A DNA stretch of 64,000 nt from assembly GCA_050698015.1 (NCBI GenBank), contig JBOHAU010000019.1, positions 12,012 through 76,011 of the forward strand, written 5' to 3'. This DNA comes from Gaiellaceae bacterium. Lineage in GTDB: Bacteria > Actinomycetota > Thermoleophilia > Gaiellales > Gaiellaceae. This document shows, in pieces, positions 17,879 to 26,414 of this stretch (position 1 is its first letter; each line of letters starts with the position of its first letter). The notes below the pieces were generated by a model. It was not told the DNA's origin and made no database searches. It saw nothing but the letters and a program-made list of their open reading frames with translations. A program made the position numbers and the translations under genes.

Positions 17879-19075
17879 TCAGTCCGGGTGCGGCAGCGGC
17901 ACCACGAGCGGGCTCGAGCCGTAGTCGGCGAACCAGGCGATCCCCTCGCGAACGAGATCGATGCCGAGCTCGACGTCGCCCTCGACGGCTGCGCGTGAAA
18001 GGCGCACCTCGACCTCGACCGACTCGTCGTTGGAGAGTGAGCGAGGCAAGGGTTGGCGGGGAAGCTCGACCCGGTGTCCATCCACGCCCCGGACATATGG
18101 GCCGACGGTCACCGACCCGGCCGGGAACGCCGGCCGGACCCCGGCGGGCCAGTAGCACCTGCCTTCGTTCGTGACGGTGACCCGAAGGGCGAGCTCTCCG
18201 TCGGAGATTTGCCACCCGCCGTCGGTCCGAATCTGGGCGCGGAAGGCCTCTTGCGAGCCGTCGGCTCGGATCGGATTGTCCGCAACGACGGTGTTCATCG
18301 GCGGGCTCACGAGCCGCTCCTCGATCCGTCTGAGCTCGTGCGCTGCCTCCGAGACGTCAAGGAGCTCATCGACGGCCGCGAAGCGCCGCACCGCGGTGAA
18401 GCCCGCCTCGCGCAGGACGGCAACGAGGTAGTCGGCGTCGAACGGAGACTCCAGCGTCCCGTACTCCTCCATCTCTGCAATCAGCTCGCGCTCCCCCTCG
18501 GAGCCGGGGGAGGGACGGACGCCTTCATGGATGAAGATTCGCCCCCCCGGGACGAGCGAGCGCCGGATGACTCGCAGCGTCTCCAGCTCGTCATCGAAGT
18601 GGTGCATGGCATCGTAGAGAACCGCGGCGTCGAAGCGAGCGGTCCACGGCAGCTTGAGGACGGGCATGGCGTGGAACTCGGCCAACGCCTCGATGCCCGG
18701 GCCAATCGGTCGGCCGATCGCTTCGACCCGCTCACGGGCGATCTCGACCATGTCCTCGGAAACGTCGACACCCGTCACGCTGTAGCCGCACCGGGCGAGA
18801 AACTCGCTTAGCCATCCGGGGCCGCAGCCGACGTCGAGCACTTGCGCCCGAAGGGGCAGCTGGAGACGCTCGACGATGTGTGCGAACGTCCGAACACACT
18901 CGAAAAGCTCGTGGCTCGGCACGACGCTGAACGGCTTCGTGCGGAGCCAGAGCTCGCGCTCGGCTCCGAGGCGCTCGACGTACCGGCGGTGGCCCTCCGC
19001 ATAGTCCTGCCCGAGGCTGGGCAGGCGTCGGGCCTCGGACCGCGGCGGTTGGCGGCGCCTTAACGGCCACCTCAC
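17879..19075 (-). CDS. SAM-dependent methyltransferase with C-terminal roughly 140-aa beta-sandwich-like domain
   Basis: 398 aa, GTG start. MT motifs VLDVGCGPGWLSEFL, VTGVDVSEDM, AVLYDAMHHF and LVPGGRIFI. The C-terminal segment (LALRVTVTNEGRCYWPAG...VEVEVRLSRAAVEGDVELGIDLVREGIAWF) resembles Ig/NBR1-like domains found in glycan-processing proteins. Confidence 0.7.
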   Translation of the reverse strand: MRWPLRRRQPPRSEARRLPSLGQDYAEGHRRYVERLGAERELWLRTKPFSVVPSHELFECVRTFAHIVERLQLPLRAQVLDVGCGPGWLSEFLARCGYSVTGVDVSEDMVEIARERVEAIGRPIGPGIEALAEFHAMPVLKLPWTARFDAAVLYDAMHHFDDELETLRVIRRSLVPGGRIFIHEGVRPSPGSEGERELIAEMEEYGTLESPFDADYLVAVLREAGFTAVRRFAAVDELLDVSEAAHELRRIEERLVSPPMNTVVADNPIRADGSQEAFRAQIRTDGGWQISDGELALRVTVTNEGRCYWPAGVRPAFPAGSVTVGPYVRGVDGHRVELPRQPLPRSLSNDESVEVEVRLSRAAVEGDVELGIDLVREGIAWFADYGSSPLVVPLPHPD

Positions 19076-19077
19076 AG

Positions 19078-19896
19078 GTGCACACCTACACTTGCGGCGC
19101 TGTGAGCCTCTACGCCGACGTCGTCCGCTATCCCGACCTGTTCCTGAACATCTTCCGGCGCGAGCTGCACGGGAAGTACCGCGGATCCGTACTCGGTTTG
19201 GTCTGGAGCCTGATCAACCCGTTGGCGCTGATGGCGGTGTACACGCTCGTCTTTTCGGTCCTGCTGAAGGTGTTCACGGTCGATCACTATCCGCTCTTCG
19301 TCCTTTCCGGGCTCGTCACGTGGGTCTTCTTCCAGTCCGCGGTGCAGATGTCGTGCTCGAGCCTCTTCGCCCAGCCGACGCTCGTGAAGCAGGTGAAGTT
19401 TCCGCGGCACATTCTGCCGCTGGCCATCGTCGCGACGAACGTCCTCACGTTGGGGGCAATGCTGGCGGTGGTCCTGGGCGCAAACCTGATCCTCGTTCCG
19501 GAGACGAGGACGACGTTCTGGGCAGCGATCCCGCTCTTCCTGCCGCTGATCGCACTCGCGAGCGGCCTGTCGGTCGTCTTCGGCTACGTGACGGTCGTCT
19601 TTCGCGACGTCGAGCACCTGATGACGACGCTCTTTCTGCCGTGGTTCTTCCTAACGCCGGTCTTCTATTCGTTTGACCAACTCCCCGGCATCGAAGGGAA
19701 CGAGTGGGTGGGTGACCTCATCTACTACGTCAACTTCGTCGCTCCGTTCGTGGAGGGGATCAGAGACCCGCTCTTCTTCGGCGAGTTCCCCAAGCTCGGC
19801 GACGTCGTGTACATGGTGGTCGCGGGAATTGCAGCACTCGCGCTCGGCGTCCTCGCGGCGCGCCGGATCGACGATCAGGTCGCAGCGAGCCTCTAG
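19078..19896 (+). CDS. wzm: ABC-2 type polysaccharide export permease (Wzm/TagG-like)
   Basis: 272 aa with FRRELHGKYRGSVLGLVWSLINPLALM (the ABC-2 signature region) and 6 TM segments. GTG at 19078 or at 19102. The divergent methyltransferase start at 19075 is only 2-26 nt away. Confidence 0.85.
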   Translation: MHTYTCGAVSLYADVVRYPDLFLNIFRRELHGKYRGSVLGLVWSLINPLALMAVYTLVFSVLLKVFTVDHYPLFVLSGLVTWVFFQSAVQMSCSSLFAQPTLVKQVKFPRHILPLAIVATNVLTLGAMLAVVLGANLILVPETRTTFWAAIPLFLPLIALASGLSVVFGYVTVVFRDVEHLMTTLFLPWFFLTPVFYSFDQLPGIEGNEWVGDLIYYVNFVAPFVEGIRDPLFFGEFPKLGDVVYMVVAGIAALALGVLAARRIDDQVAASL

Positions 19897-19900
19897 CGCC

Positions 19901-21139
19901 ATGGAACCCGGCAAGATCGTCGCGGAGAACGTCAGCCGCCGCTTCAAGGTCTACCCGCAGCGGCACGTCACGCTCAAGGAGGCGATCGTGCGGCGGCGCC
20001 ACCTTCGACCCGTCGAGGTCTGGGCCCTCCGCGACGTCTCGTTCGAGATCGACCCCGGCGAGTCGGTGGGGTTCATGGGCCGGAACGGCTCCGGCAAGAC
20101 GACCCTCCTACGCGTCATCGCGGGTGTCTTCCGCCCGACGGTCGGCAGGCTCGCGGTCGACGGACGAGTCGGCTCGCTGCTGGAGCTCGGCGCCGGCTTC
20201 CACCACGACTTCACCGGCCGCGACAACATCTACCTCAGCGCCTCGATCTACGGAATCCGCAAGCAGGAGATCGACCGTCGGTTCGAGGAGATCGTCGAGT
20301 TCAGCGAGCTCGAGCGCTTCATCGACCTGCCGGTACGGACGTACTCCGCCGGAATGTACATGCGCCTGGGCTTTTCGATCGCCGTCAACGTCGACGCGGA
20401 CATCCTGCTGCTGGACGAGGTCTTCGCCGTCGGCGACGAGGCGTTCCAGCGGAAATGCGTCGACCGCATCCTCGACTTCAAGCGCCAGGGCAAGACGATC
20501 GCGTTCGTCTCGCACTCGGGTCCCGCCGTGGAGCGGATGTGCGATCGCGCGCTTCTTCTTCGCCAAGGTATCGTCGAGTACGACGGCGAGACAGGCGAGG
20601 CGATCCGCCGCTATCAGGAGCTGCTGGCCCACGAGGAGAATCCCGCCGAGCGCGCCGCCGGGCTGCGCGAATGGGGGACCGGCGAGGCGCGCGTGACCGA
20701 CGTGCGGCTGGAGGGACCTGACGGCGAGGTTCGCGACGCCTTCATGCCGGGTGACTCCGTCGCCCTGCGGATGAACATGGAGTGTCGAGCCGCGATCGAT
20801 CCGCCGCACGTGGCAATCGAGCTGCGCGACCTCTCCGGCGCGCTGCTCAGCCGTGCGGAGCGGAGCCTGGGCGAGCTCGGCTGGGGCGCCGACCTCGAGA
20901 ACGCCGAGGTGAGTTTCGAGATCCAGCAGTTGCCGCTCGTCGAGGGACGGTTCCAGTTCAACATCTCGCTCGTGGACGCCGTCCATGACCGGCGGTACCA
21001 CAGCGTCGAGAAGGCGGCCGAGTTCTCGGTCATCCCGCAGGGCCACGCCCACGGGTTCGTGCTGCTGGAGGGCGACTGGTCGCTCGACCTGGCTTCGCAA
21101 GGCGCGAGGGCGCCGTCAGCCGCTCCGGACGCTTCGTGA
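19901..21139 (+). CDS. wzt: Polysaccharide ABC exporter ATP-binding protein with C-terminal Wzt_C-type glycan-binding domain
   Basis: Track ORF 19673 trimmed to the ATG at 19901. Walker A GRNGSGKTT, signature YSAGMYMRLGFS, Walker B ILLLDEV. The C-terminal roughly 160 aa (ARVTDVRLEGPDGE...FMPGDSVALRMNMEC...VEGRFQFNISLVD...AAEFSVIP) looks like the beta-sandwich Wzt C-domain. Confidence 0.85.
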   Translation: MEPGKIVAENVSRRFKVYPQRHVTLKEAIVRRRHLRPVEVWALRDVSFEIDPGESVGFMGRNGSGKTTLLRVIAGVFRPTVGRLAVDGRVGSLLELGAGFHHDFTGRDNIYLSASIYGIRKQEIDRRFEEIVEFSELERFIDLPVRTYSAGMYMRLGFSIAVNVDADILLLDEVFAVGDEAFQRKCVDRILDFKRQGKTIAFVSHSGPAVERMCDRALLLRQGIVEYDGETGEAIRRYQELLAHEENPAERAAGLREWGTGEARVTDVRLEGPDGEVRDAFMPGDSVALRMNMECRAAIDPPHVAIELRDLSGALLSRAERSLGELGWGADLENAEVSFEIQQLPLVEGRFQFNISLVDAVHDRRYHSVEKAAEFSVIPQGHAHGFVLLEGDWSLDLASQGARAPSAAPDAS

Positions 21140-22136
21140 CTCCGCGGAGTGCGATCGGCCCGAGGATCAGGAACGGAAGGAAGGTCAGCACGTGGATGAC
21201 GACGGCGCCCGAGAGCGCACGCGCAGAATCAACCCCGTATGGCTCGAGGGCGACGAGCGTCGCGGCCTCGAAGATCCCGACCGAGGCCGGGAGGGCAGGG
21301 AGTAGCAGGGAGAACGTCGTTGCGACGGCGACGAGGATTCCCGCGTCTAGACCAAGCTCGAGGCCGGCACCGCGCAGGGCAAGGGTGTACGAGAGGGACA
21401 CTCCGAGCCAGACGAGGAGGCTGAGCGCGAACGCGGCGAGGGCCAGCCGGGCGTTCCGGAGGCCGGCGAGGCCGCGCACGATTCCTTCCGCTGCGACTTC
21501 GGTCCGCACCCGGCTGAAGCCTGGCAGGCGTGTGAGCGGGCGCAGGAGGAAGCCGAGCGGCCGGCTGCCGAACCGCGCAAGCACATAGATCGACACGCCG
21601 AGTGCGATCAGGAGCACGGCGAGGAGCAGCGTCGCACCCCGCAACCAGCTAACGGGGGGCGCGAACGGAACGGCGACGAAGAGCAGAAGCAGCAACGCGA
21701 TCGAGTCCTGCAGCCGTTCGGTGACGATCGTGCCGAGCGCCACCGAACGTGAGGTCCGCGCTTCCCGGTGGAGGACGACGACGCGCGCGATCTCACCGAG
21801 GCGGAGAACGGGCATGAGGCTGGTGAGAAAGTCACCGACGAGGCTTGCGCGGACCAAGGGCCGAACGGGCGGTCGCGCGCCGGGTTCGAAGAGGATCCGC
21901 CAGCGCAGGACGCGGACGGCGTAGGCCGCGACGAACACGGCGAACGACGCCAAATACCACACCGGCTCGCCGCTGCTAAGTGCGTCCAGGAACGCGTCGA
22001 AGTCGATGTCGCGCAGCACGACGTACGTGAGGACGATCGAGAGGGCGAGCCCGGCGAGCAGGAGCAGGGGACGAAGTCTGGGAAGCACGATGCCGTACGC
22101 TACGGCGTCGCCGGGGGGAACACGATGGCTGTCCAT
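21030..22136 (-). CDS. UPF0104 / lysyl-PG-synthase-TM-like 'flippase-like' integral membrane protein
   Basis: 368 aa, about 8 TM. Has VLRDIDFDAFLDAL, RVLRWRILF and GDFLTSLMPVLRLGEIARVVVL, typical of this family. The 3' tail overlaps the convergent wzt by 110 nt, and the start overlaps the divergent gene at 22125 by 12 nt. Confidence 0.7.
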   Translation of the reverse strand: MDSHRVPPGDAVAYGIVLPRLRPLLLLAGLALSIVLTYVVLRDIDFDAFLDALSSGEPVWYLASFAVFVAAYAVRVLRWRILFEPGARPPVRPLVRASLVGDFLTSLMPVLRLGEIARVVVLHREARTSRSVALGTIVTERLQDSIALLLLLFVAVPFAPPVSWLRGATLLLAVLLIALGVSIYVLARFGSRPLGFLLRPLTRLPGFSRVRTEVAAEGIVRGLAGLRNARLALAAFALSLLVWLGVSLSYTLALRGAGLELGLDAGILVAVATTFSLLLPALPASVGIFEAATLVALEPYGVDSARALSGAVVIHVLTFLPFLILGPIALRGVTKRPERLTAPSRLAKPGRATSRPPAARTRGRGPAG

Positions 22137-24386
22137 ACAGAATCCGGCTCACGCCATTCCGTCGGGGCGCCGGTGCACGCGGTCGCCCGCGTCGAGCACC
22201 GCCGTCGCGCCGAGGCGTTCGTCGCAGCCCTCGTCGCCCTCGCCGCGCTCGTTCTGGCGAGCCTGGCGCTGAAGGTCTGGCGGGGCGACCTCGGCGTGCC
22301 GTTCTCGTACCGCGAGGAGGCCCAGTACTACCTGATGCTCGCCAAGTCGATCGACGATCACGGCGGCTACTTCGAGAATCCGAGCCTCGGCGCGCCGTTC
22401 GGGCAGGAGCTCTACGACTTCGCGGTTGGGACGGACCGGCTGAACCTCGACCTGATCCGGCTGCTCGGCCTCTTCGGGACCCCGGCGGCGGCGGTCAACC
22501 TCTTTTTCCTCCTGACGTTCCCGCTCGCCGCCGTCGCCGCCTACGCCGTCTTCCGGCTCCTCGGCGTGCCGCGGGCGGCCGGTGCGGTCAGCTCACTGCT
22601 CTTTGCCCTTGCGCCGTACCACTTCGAACGCGGCGAGGGGAACCTCTTCCTGTCCGCCTACTGGGTCGTGCCGCTCGGCGCCTGGCTGGTCTTGGCGACG
22701 CTCGCCGGCGAGCCGCTCTTCCGACCTAGGGAAGGCGTCACCGGGTGGAGGCGGTACGCCTCCGGGCGGACGCTGATGACGGTCGCCTTCTGCCTAGTAA
22801 TCGCGTCCACGGGGGTCTACTACGCGGTGTTCACGGCGCTACTGCTGGCCGGAGCGGCGGTGATCGCGCTCGTCGCCCGGGTGGGCCGGGCGGCCGTGGC
22901 CAACGCGGCCATGTGCCTTGCGCTCATCCTCGCCGTGCTCCTCGTGCACCTGGCGCCGAGCATCGCCTATCGTGCCGATCACGGACCCAACGCGGCCGCC
23001 GAGCGCCACCCGCGCGAGTCAGAGCTCTACGCGCTCAAGCTGAGCGATCTGGTGTTCCCGATCGACCTGCACCGCCTCGAGCCGCTGGCCCGCTTCACGG
23101 CTGAGTACAAGGCCGCGACGCCGATCCGCTCCGAGTCCATGGGCCTCGGGCCGGTCGCGGCCGCAGGTTTCATCGCGCTGCTCGTCATCGCCCTCGCCGT
23201 CCTCGTGGGCCGGTCCATGAAAGCCCCGCCGCTCCTCCGGCATGCGGCCGCCGCCGCCGCTCTTGCGTTTGTCATCGGGACCGTCGGGGGGCTCTCGACG
23301 ATCATCGCCGAGCTCGTCACCCCGCAGATTCGCGCCTGGAACCGCATCTCGATCTTCATCGCGTTCTTCGGGTTCCTCGCCGTCGCTGTCGGTCTCGGTG
23401 CCGTCGGTCGTCGCTTGGGGCCGGACCTCGTTCGGCGGGCGGCATTCGCGGGCGTGCTCGCCGCTGTTCTCGTCTTCGGGCTCTACAACCAAGTCACGTA
23501 CGCGCACGTCCCGCCCTATGAGCTGGCCGGCTCCTGGGCGCAGGACCGGAACTTCGTCGACGAGATCGACCGCCGCCTCCCTGAGGGCGCTTCGGTGTTC
23601 CAGCTGCCCTACCTCGGCTTCCCGGAAAGCGGGCGGCTGTTCGAGATGTACGAGAACGACCTCCTCCGCGGGTACCTGCACTCGGACGACCTCCGCTGGA
23701 GCTTCGGGGCGACGAAGGGGAGGCCGGAGGACTGGGCCGACGATCTGGCGGCCATGCCGGTCTCGACGGTGCTCGACGCCGCGGCGGCAACCGGGTTCGC
23801 CGGCCTTTGGATCGACCGCTTCGGCTACGCCGATCGCGCCCGTGCGCTCGAGCAGGAGCTGAGCGCCCGGCTCGGCGTCGCGCCGCTCGTGAGCGAGTCC
23901 GGGCGGCATGCGTTCTTCGACCTGAGCGACTACGGCAGGCGGCTCGAGGCCGAGCACTCGCCCGCCGGGCTCGCCGCGTTCCGGCGCGCAGTCCTCCAGC
24001 CTTTTGGCTTCGAGCGGAGGGGGTTCGTGCCGCTGGAGCGCCGCCAGGGCGAATGGTTCGCCTGGGCGGACGCCAGCGACGCCGAACTGCGCATCGTCAA
24101 TCCCACGGACACGCAGCGGGCCGCCACCTTCGAGGCTACGCTCGAACGGGTCGGCGGGACGCCCGCCGAAGTCGTCGCCTCCTTCCCGGGCGCTCCGCCG
24201 GTCACGTACCGGACGCCGGTGCGGATCAGTCGGCAGCTGTCGTTGCCGCCGGGCGAGACGATCGTCCGGTTCTCGACCACTGCGCCCGAGGTCCTGGAGC
24301 AAAAGGCCAATCGCTGGCGGCCGCACTACTTCCAACTCGCGGGACTGACGGTCACCGACGCCGCCTTCAGCGAGTTCGTGCGATAG
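22125..24386 (+). CDS. Large polytopic membrane protein (about 11 TM) with C-terminal extracytoplasmic domain; candidate GT-C-like transferase, function unknown
   Basis: Track ORF 21768 trimmed to the ATG at 22125. The early loop is FSYREEAQYYLMLAKSIDDHGGYFENPSLGAPFG. Many TM segments up to about residue 470, then a soluble domain (VFQLPYLGFPESGRLFEMYENDLLRGYLHSDDLRWSFGATKGR). I cannot name a family with confidence. Confidence 0.55.
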   Translation: MAVHTESGSRHSVGAPVHAVARVEHRRRAEAFVAALVALAALVLASLALKVWRGDLGVPFSYREEAQYYLMLAKSIDDHGGYFENPSLGAPFGQELYDFAVGTDRLNLDLIRLLGLFGTPAAAVNLFFLLTFPLAAVAAYAVFRLLGVPRAAGAVSSLLFALAPYHFERGEGNLFLSAYWVVPLGAWLVLATLAGEPLFRPREGVTGWRRYASGRTLMTVAFCLVIASTGVYYAVFTALLLAGAAVIALVARVGRAAVANAAMCLALILAVLLVHLAPSIAYRADHGPNAAAERHPRESELYALKLSDLVFPIDLHRLEPLARFTAEYKAATPIRSESMGLGPVAAAGFIALLVIALAVLVGRSMKAPPLLRHAAAAAALAFVIGTVGGLSTIIAELVTPQIRAWNRISIFIAFFGFLAVAVGLGAVGRRLGPDLVRRAAFAGVLAAVLVFGLYNQVTYAHVPPYELAGSWAQDRNFVDEIDRRLPEGASVFQLPYLGFPESGRLFEMYENDLLRGYLHSDDLRWSFGATKGRPEDWADDLAAMPVSTVLDAAAATGFAGLWIDRFGYADRARALEQELSARLGVAPLVSESGRHAFFDLSDYGRRLEAEHSPAGLAAFRRAVLQPFGFERRGFVPLERRQGEWFAWADASDAELRIVNPTDTQRAATFEATLERVGGTPAEVVASFPGAPPVTYRTPVRISRQLSLPPGETIVRFSTTAPEVLEQKANRWRPHYFQLAGLTVTDAAFSEFVR

Positions 24387-25422
24387 CGGCGGCGACGCGC
24401 TCCCACTCTGCGTCCGACAGCTGCGGGTAGCACGGAAGCGAGGCGACCTCTCGGGCTGCTGCGACGCTCTCGTCGAGGGCGGCCCCACGGCGTGCCTCGG
24501 CGAATGCGGGCTGCTCGCTGATCGCCCAGGGGTAGTGGACGGCCGTCTCGATTCCGGCCTCGGCCAGCTGCGCGCGAAGCTCGTCCCGCCGCGTGGTGCG
24601 CAGGACGTAGAGATGTTGAACCCCGTCGGGGCTCGACCGTTCCAGGGCCTCGTCGTAGCCGGCCGCGATCTCCGCCCGGCGGCTGTTGTCGGCCTCGAGG
24701 CGGCGTAAGCGGACGCGGAGGAACGCGGCCTGGAGCTCGTCGAGCCGCGAGTTCGTCCCGAGCTGCGTGGCGAAGTAACGAGGCTCCTCGCCGTACCCGC
24801 GCAGGCGGCGAACGGCCGCGGCGAGGTCCGGATCCGAGGTCACGACCGCGCCCCCGTCACCGAACGCTCCGAGGTTCTTGGTCGGGTAGAACGAGAAGCA
24901 GCCGGCGACGCCGATCGAGCCGGCCGGCCGCTCGTCGAGCACGAGCCCGTGCGCCTGCGCCGCGTCCTCGACGAGCGGCAGGCCCAGGCGGAGGAGCTCG
25001 TCGACCGGCGCCGGGCGGCCATAGAGGTGGACGACGACGACGGCGGCAGTCCGGTCGGACAGCGCCTCCGCCGCTCGATTCGGGTCGATCGTCAGCGTTT
25101 CCGGATCGACGTCGACGAGCACCGGCGCGAGCCCGCTCCGCCTGATCGCCGTCGGCGTTGCGGGCGAGGTCAGGTTCGGGCAGAGGACCTCCGCGCCCGG
25201 CGGGAGCTCGAGCGCCCGCAGCACGAGCTCGATCGCGTCCGTCCCGGACGCGACGCCGACGGCGCCAGCGGTGCCCGTGAGCTCCGCCAGCTCGTGCTCG
25301 AACGCCTCCACTTCAGGGCCGAGGACGATCCGGTCCGACGCCATCACCCGCCGGTAAGCGGCGTCCAGCTCCTCCCGATGCGCCTCGTAGACCCGGCGCG
25401 GGTCGAAGAAGCGGACGCTCAC
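24367..25422 (-). CDS. DegT/DnrJ/EryC1/StrS family PLP-dependent sugar aminotransferase
   Basis: Track ORF 24367..25809 trimmed to the GTG at 25422 (GTGA overlap with the upstream stop). Has LGPEVEAFEHELAE, ASGTDAIEL, EDAAQAHG and FSFYPTKNLGAFGDGG (PLP lysine). Confidence 0.85.
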   Translation of the reverse strand: MSVRFFDPRRVYEAHREELDAAYRRVMASDRIVLGPEVEAFEHELAELTGTAGAVGVASGTDAIELVLRALELPPGAEVLCPNLTSPATPTAIRRSGLAPVLVDVDPETLTIDPNRAAEALSDRTAAVVVVHLYGRPAPVDELLRLGLPLVEDAAQAHGLVLDERPAGSIGVAGCFSFYPTKNLGAFGDGGAVVTSDPDLAAAVRRLRGYGEEPRYFATQLGTNSRLDELQAAFLRVRLRRLEADNSRRAEIAAGYDEALERSSPDGVQHLYVLRTTRRDELRAQLAEAGIETAVHYPWAISEQPAFAEARRGAALDESVAAAREVASLPCYPQLSDAEWERVAAAIARTR

Positions 25423-26408
25423 CAGTACTGCTCGCGGTGCTCGCGGTAGTACTCGATCGTCCGTGCCAACCCCTCGCGGAGTCCGACTCGCGGCTCCCAG
25501 CCGAGCAGCCCGCGCGCCTTCCCGTAGTTCGCGAAGACGCTGCCGATGTCGATTGCCGCCCGGTCCGGCGGGAACGGCCGCTCGGTCAGCGTGCCCGACC
25601 CGGCGACCTCGACGAGCGTCTCGGCGAACTGCCTGATCGTGACCGGCTCCGGATGGCCGAGGTTGAACGCCTCGCCGACCGCGGCGTCGTCGACGCCCGC
25701 CCGGAGGAACGCGCCGACCACGTCGTCGACCTCGTTGAAGTCCCGGAAGGAGTCGCCGCCGCCGTAGAGCTCGATCTCCTCGCCTTCGATGGCCCGCCGG
25801 ACGAACCAAGGAACGAACCCCTGGCGCGGATGACGCATCTGCATTCGCGGGCCGTACGTGTTCGTCAGCCGGAGGGAGCAGGTCTGGACGCCGTGCACCC
25901 GGTGGTACAGGAGCGTCGCGCTCTCCGCCGCCGTCTTGTTGATGCCGTTGACGTCGATCGCCTCCAGCGGGTGGTGCTCGTCGAGCGGGAGGTACCGGGG
26001 GCGCCCGTACTGCTGGCGGGAGCCGGCGTAGACCACGCGGGCCTGCGAGCGCTGACTCCTCAGCGCCTCGAGCACGGAAAGCTGTGTCCGGAAGTTGAGG
26101 TCGAGGTCGAGGAACGGGTCCGCCATGGAGTCGACATGACTGACGTTGCCGGCGATGCTGAAGACGATCTCCCGGCCCACGACGAGCTCGCGCGCCGCCT
26201 CGAGGTCCCGAAGGTCGGCGTTGCTCACCTCGAGCTCTGGCTCGACGGGAGCGATGTTGAACCGATTGCCGCCCAGGTCGGGCACGAGGGAGTCGACGAC
26301 GGTCACCTCGGCGCCGAGCTCGACGAGCCTGATCGCCAGGTTGGAGCCGATGAAGCCCAGCCCGCCGGTTACGAGCACGCGCCTGCCCTCGTAGCTCGAC
26401 TCATGCAC
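25419..26408 (-). CDS. Extended SDR, NAD-dependent nucleotide-sugar epimerase/dehydratase/decarboxylase family
   Basis: 329 aa with VLVTGGLGFIGSNL (GxxGxxG) and VYAGSRQQYG. At the position where YxxxK is expected the sequence reads DVNGINKTAAE (Asn in place of Tyr, aligned by eye). Confidence 0.8.
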   Translation of the reverse strand: MHESSYEGRRVLVTGGLGFIGSNLAIRLVELGAEVTVVDSLVPDLGGNRFNIAPVEPELEVSNADLRDLEAARELVVGREIVFSIAGNVSHVDSMADPFLDLDLNFRTQLSVLEALRSQRSQARVVYAGSRQQYGRPRYLPLDEHHPLEAIDVNGINKTAAESATLLYHRVHGVQTCSLRLTNTYGPRMQMRHPRQGFVPWFVRRAIEGEEIELYGGGDSFRDFNEVDDVVGAFLRAGVDDAAVGEAFNLGHPEPVTIRQFAETLVEVAGSGTLTERPFPPDRAAIDIGSVFANYGKARGLLGWEPRVGLREGLARTIEYYREHREQYW

Positions 26409-26414
26409 AGGCCG

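Noticed and set aside
21030-21139. 110-nt convergent overlap between wzt and the UPF0104 gene, considered as a sign of a frameshift or mis-assembly
   Set aside because: Both proteins have complete domains before the overlap. The overlapping tails are short, low-complexity extensions that simply run to the first stop in GC-rich sequence. No frame discontinuity is visible.
23019-24488. 489-aa minus-strand ORF inside the large membrane-protein gene
   Set aside because: Arg/Pro/Glu-rich and non-hydrophobic, with no motifs. It is antisense to a frame with a coherent TM topology.
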